DNA of 64,000 bases from Lapillicoccus sp. (GTDB taxonomy: Bacteria > Actinomycetota > Actinomycetes > Actinomycetales > Dermatophilaceae): assembly GCF_036559105.1 (NCBI RefSeq), contig NZ_DATBTV010000021.1:1689-65688 (forward strand). The letters run 5' to 3'. The position numbers and the translations under genes were made by a program. A model generated the notes under the pieces. The model made no database searches. It worked only from the letters and a program-made list of their open reading frames with translations, and was not told where the DNA came from. This document shows positions 60,599 to 64,000 of this stretch, one piece after another (position 1 is the first letter of the stretch; each line of letters starts with the position of its first letter).

Positions 60599-61330
60599 AT
60601 GCCCGCTCCGTCTACCAGGACCGCCCCGACCACCACGACCGCCCAGACCGCCCAGACCGCCCAGACCCCCCCGACCCCCCCGACCCCCCCGAGCGACACG
60701 GCCGACGACGCGGCCCCCCGATCGCTGCGCAAGCGCGCGGCGATCCTCGTCGCTGCGGAGCAGGTCTTCCTCGCGAAGGGGTACCTGGGGACGTCGATGG
60801 ACGAGGTCGCTGCGCGGTCCGGGGTGTCGAAGCAGACGGTCTATGCCCACTTCGGCAGCAAGGAGACCCTGTTCGTGGCCCTGGTGTCCGCGATGACGAC
60901 GACCGCGGGCGACGAGGTCCACCCGAGCGACCCGGCCGCCGCAGCCGCGACCGACGACCCAGGGCCGTACCTCCGGGAGTACGCGGAGCGACAGATGGCG
61001 GTCGTCCTCACGCCGAGGATCTTGGCCCTGCGGCGACTGGTCATCGGTGAGGTGGCCCGGTTCCCGGACCTCGCCCGCGCCCTCTACGACAGCGGACCCG
61101 CCCGGGCCATCGAGTCGCTCGCCGCGACGGTCCGGAGCTTCGCCGACCGGGGACTCCTCAACGTGCCCGATGCGACGGAGGCCGCCACGATGTTCAACTG
61201 GCTGGTCATGGGCGGCCCCCTCAACGAGGTGATGCTGCTCGGCGACGCGGTTCGGCTCAACCGGGCCGAACAGCGGCGCCACGCCGCCGAGTGCGTGCGC
61301 GTCTTCCTCGCGGCATACCCGCCGGAGTAG
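60599..61330 (+). CDS. TetR/AcrR family transcriptional regulator with repetitive N-terminal extension
   Basis: HTH AAEQVFLAKGYLGTSMDEVAARSGVSKQTVYAHFGSKE. The N-terminus is TAQTAQTAQTPPTPPTPP. Confidence 0.85.
   Translation: MPAPSTRTAPTTTTAQTAQTAQTPPTPPTPPSDTADDAAPRSLRKRAAILVAAEQVFLAKGYLGTSMDEVAARSGVSKQTVYAHFGSKETLFVALVSAMTTTAGDEVHPSDPAAAAATDDPGPYLREYAERQMAVVLTPRILALRRLVIGEVARFPDLARALYDSGPARAIESLAATVRSFADRGLLNVPDATEAATMFNWLVMGGPLNEVMLLGDAVRLNRAEQRRHAAECVRVFLAAYPPE
60637..60690. repeat. 9-bp tandem repeats (GACCGCCCA x3 then GACCCCCCC x3)
   Basis: Read directly from the sequence, in frame in the TetR N-terminus. Confidence 0.8.
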
Positions 61331-61339
61331 AAGGGAGAC

Positions 61340-61915
61340 ATGGAGCCCCAGGACATGATGGCCGCGGTCACCGACTCGATGGCCGAGCGCACCGGCCGCA
61401 CGCTCGAGAGCTGGGTCGAGGTGGTCCAGACCTCCGGCCTGGACCTGCTGGACCAGAAGGCCGTCCGCCGCTGGCTCAAGGACGTCCACGGCGTCCCCCA
61501 GAACTCGCAGTGGGCCATCGCGTTCGCCGCCGCCGAGGCCGCCGGTTGGGAGCGCCCGTCCACCGAGGGGTATGCGGACCAGCTCTTCTCGGGGGCCAAG
61601 GCGCCGCTGCGCCCACTCCACGATGCGGTCGTCGAGCTGGCCCTCGCCCAGGGCGACGACGCCGAGGCCCACGGCCGCAGCAGCTACATCCCGGTCGTCC
61701 GTAGGAGCCAGTTCGCGGCGGTCGCGCCGGGTCCACGCGGGACGCTGCGTGTCGGGCTTCGGTACCGCGGCTCGGTGCCCGACGACCCCCGGATCGCGCC
61801 GGCCAGGGGCTTCGCCCAGGCCACGCACTGGGTCCAGCTGCCGGGCGACACCGAGCCCGACGCCGTCGCGTGGCTCGAGCCGCTGCTGGCCGAGGCCTAC
61901 CGGCAGAACGGCTGA
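61340..61915 (+). CDS. DUF4287/DUF5655-like hypothetical protein
   Basis: 191 aa. N-terminal ERTGRTLESWVEVV...RRWLKDVHGV resembles DUF4287. 9 nt after the TetR stop. Confidence 0.5.
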   Translation: MEPQDMMAAVTDSMAERTGRTLESWVEVVQTSGLDLLDQKAVRRWLKDVHGVPQNSQWAIAFAAAEAAGWERPSTEGYADQLFSGAKAPLRPLHDAVVELALAQGDDAEAHGRSSYIPVVRRSQFAAVAPGPRGTLRVGLRYRGSVPDDPRIAPARGFAQATHWVQLPGDTEPDAVAWLEPLLAEAYRQNG

Positions 61916-61959
61916 CCACCTGACCCTCCCGGTCGCCGGCGTGTGACACTGGCGGGGCC

Positions 61960-63237
61960 ATGTCGAGCACGGTTCCCGAACGCGCCGCGTCGTCGGCGTC
62001 GACGACGCGGACGAGCGCCGGCGCCTTCCCGTGGCTGCCTCCGTCCTGGGTGCTCATCGTGGCGCTGGTGGCCGTGGCCGCGAACCTGCGACCGGCGATC
62101 GCCGGTGTCCCGCCGCTCGTCCCGCAGATCGAGGCGGAGCTGCACCTCAGCAACGCCTGGCTCGGGGTCCTGACCCTGCTGCCGGTGCTCTGCATGGGGG
62201 TCTTCGCGCCCGTGGCGCACTGGGCCAGCACGATCTGGGGTTCCGCACCCGTGGTGATGGCGGCGACGGTGCTGCTGACCATCGGCTCGGCCATGCGGCT
62301 GGCCGGGTCCAACGTCCTGGTCCTCTACACCGCGACGCTCGTGGTCGGGATCGGCATCGCCGTCGTCGGCACCCTGCTGCCGCGGCTGGTGAAGACGCTG
62401 TTCCCGCCCGAACGGGTGGGCCTCATCACCGGCGTCTACATGTTGGCCATCATGCTCGGCGCGACCATCGGCGCCGGCCTGTCCGACCCGCTCGCCACCG
62501 CCCTGGGCTCCTGGGAGCAGTCGCTCGCCGCGTGGTCGCTGCTCGGCGTCCTCGGCCTCGTCGCCTGGGCGCCCCTCGCACTCGTTGTCTGGCGCCACCG
62601 CGTCCAGGTCACCGCGCAGTCGATCGGTTCGGCGCTGCCCTGGCGCAGTGCGACCGCCTGGCTCATCGCCGCATACCTCGCCACCCAGTCCTTCGCCTTC
62701 TACTCGACCCTCGCCTGGATGGCGCCCTCCTACGTCCAGCTCGGTTGGGAGGCCGACGACGCGGGGTACCTGCTGTCGGCGTTCACCGCGGTCCAGATCG
62801 TCGCCGGGCTGCTGATGCCGGTGCTCAGCGACCGGGTCCGGGACCTGCGGCTGCTTTTGGTCCCCGCGACCATCGCCGCGGCCCTCGGCCTGGTCGGCAT
62901 CGGTGTCGCGCCGACCGCCGCGCCCTGGTTCTGGGCGGCGCTCATCGGGTTCGGGCAGGGCAGCGCGTTCGCCCTGGCCCTGGTGCTCCTCGTCCGGTTC
63001 GCCGCGACGCCCCACGCGAGCGGCGGCCTGAGCGCGATGGGCTTCCTCGTCGGCTACGGCATCGCCTCCGTCGGCCCCCTGGTCATGGGCGCGCTGCGCG
63101 ACGCGACCGGCGGCTTCGAGGTGGTGTGGATCGTCCTCGCCGCCCTCATGCTGCCCCAGCTGGTCATCTGCGCGGCGCTGCGGCCGGGACTGGCCAAGGT
63201 CGGCGCCGAGGTCGGCGCGACGACCGGGGCCACGTGA
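61960..63237 (+). CDS. MFS transporter (CynX-like)
   Basis: 425 aa with 12 TM segments. VAANLRPAIAGVPPLVPQIEAELHLS is typical of the CynX/cyanate permease family. Confidence 0.8.
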   Translation: MSSTVPERAASSASTTRTSAGAFPWLPPSWVLIVALVAVAANLRPAIAGVPPLVPQIEAELHLSNAWLGVLTLLPVLCMGVFAPVAHWASTIWGSAPVVMAATVLLTIGSAMRLAGSNVLVLYTATLVVGIGIAVVGTLLPRLVKTLFPPERVGLITGVYMLAIMLGATIGAGLSDPLATALGSWEQSLAAWSLLGVLGLVAWAPLALVVWRHRVQVTAQSIGSALPWRSATAWLIAAYLATQSFAFYSTLAWMAPSYVQLGWEADDAGYLLSAFTAVQIVAGLLMPVLSDRVRDLRLLLVPATIAAALGLVGIGVAPTAAPWFWAALIGFGQGSAFALALVLLVRFAATPHASGGLSAMGFLVGYGIASVGPLVMGALRDATGGFEVVWIVLAALMLPQLVICAALRPGLAKVGAEVGATTGAT

Positions 63238-63956
63238 TCATCGACGACGCTCTCGCCGACCTCGGACCTCGCCCGCCCGGGCCGGTTGTGCAGGTGCTCG
63301 GCCGGGTCTTTCCCGGGATCCGCGAGGTCCAGGCGCAGACCGAGCCGTACGCGGCGGCGTGGCGCCTCGCGAACCGCGCCGCGCTCACCGCGACCGGCCC
63401 ACTCTGGGTCGCCCTCGGTGACTCGATGACGCAGGGCATCGGCGCGTCCGCATATGACCGGGGCTGGGTCGGTCAGCTGTCCGAGCGGCTGCGGGCCGGC
63501 GGCTGGGACCACCGGCTGCTCAACCTCTCGGTCACCGGGGCCCGCGTCGACGACGTCCTCGAGGCGCAGCTGCCGGCCCTCGGCGCTGCGGTGCGGTCCA
63601 CCGGTCCGGCCGCCCTCGTGACCGTGGTCATCGGGTCCAACGACGTCGTGTCCCCTCGGCACCGGAGCGGCCTCGCGGACCGGTTCGCTGCGATGCTCGA
63701 CCGGCTGCCCGACGGCGCCGTCGTCATGAACCTGCCCAACCCGCACCGCGAGGCCCGTCGCATCGACAGCCTCCTTCGCGACCGAGCGGTGTCCGGACGC
63801 GTCGCCGTGGCCGACATGCGCAGCGAGGGACCTCGCTCGTGGCGGGGGCTGCTCGCGCGGGACTCGTTCCACCCCAACGACCGCGGGTACGCGGCGATGG
63901 CCGACGTCGTCGGGCACGCGCTCCAGCGCGCGGGACTTCCCGAGCCCACCTCGTGA
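63234..63956 (+). CDS. SGNH/GDSL hydrolase family protein
   Basis: Start at GTG 63234, overlapping the MFS stop (GTGA). Block I ALGDSMTQG, block III IGSNDV, block V DSFHPNDRGY. Confidence 0.8.
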   Translation: MIIDDALADLGPRPPGPVVQVLGRVFPGIREVQAQTEPYAAAWRLANRAALTATGPLWVALGDSMTQGIGASAYDRGWVGQLSERLRAGGWDHRLLNLSVTGARVDDVLEAQLPALGAAVRSTGPAALVTVVIGSNDVVSPRHRSGLADRFAAMLDRLPDGAVVMNLPNPHREARRIDSLLRDRAVSGRVAVADMRSEGPRSWRGLLARDSFHPNDRGYAAMADVVGHALQRAGLPEPTS

Positions 63957-64000
63957 CCGCCGGGACCCCGGTCCGCGAGCGGTACCAGGGCCGGATCGCC

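Noticed and set aside
63953-64000. Possible start (GTG 63953, overlapping the SGNH stop) of a further plus-strand gene running off the window.
   Set aside because: Only 16 codons are visible (VTAGTPVRERYQGRIA). This is too little to identify the gene or even to confirm that it is coding.

Overview
Gene-dense chromosomal segment from a very high-G+C actinobacterium (judged by eye, not computed), mostly transcribed on the minus strand. No rRNA, CRISPR array, transposase or integrase was recognised.

Backbone: a conserved actinobacterial housekeeping block, uvrB - coaE - rpsA - polA - pdtaR - tRNA-Leu(CAA) - pyk - gltBD - lgt - trpA/trpB/trpC - four small membrane genes - trpE - hisI ... hisF. 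From memory, this is the order of M. tuberculosis Rv1633 down to Rv1605.

Lineage-specific inserts interrupt that backbone:
- 9.4-14.1 kb: a translationally coupled processive GT2 glucan synthase / HlyD-like adaptor / GH81 beta-1,3-glucanase lipoprotein operon.
- 15.5-20.4 kb: a ugpAEBC-type ABC importer, flanked by a 30-codon SDR gene stub.
- 22.3-25.2 kb: a methyltransferase, an orphan contractile-tail tube-like (gp19/PF06841-like) gene, an SDR and a GNAT.
- 48.3-58.3 kb: about 10 kb between hisI and hisF with an M23 lipoprotein, a heterodimeric ABC exporter, a decayed ABC-2 permease, an MFS transporter, a GlxA regulator, an MBL hydrolase, a GNAT and a DinB-like gene.

Best candidates for something new:
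1. The GT2-adaptor-GH81 operon, as a Gram-positive curdlan-like beta-1,3-glucan synthesis/export system.
2. An in-frame TAG separating an RDD-family ORF from a DUF2752 ORF that has no canonical start before its conserved Cys motif.
3. The orphan tail-tube-like gene, apparently coupled to a methyltransferase.
4. Identical twin 20-nt palindromes upstream of uvrB, next to a RecA-independent (PafBC-type) promoter match.
5. In-frame 9-15 bp tandem repeats at the termini of at least seven genes (pdtaR, trpE, hisI, a trp-associated membrane protein, an MFS transporter, a TetR regulator).

A probable yybP-ykoY Mn riboswitch precedes a TerC gene.

All family calls rest on motif recognition by eye. No database search was run. 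Start codons are often uncertain, and the ORF track uses GTG/TTG starts.
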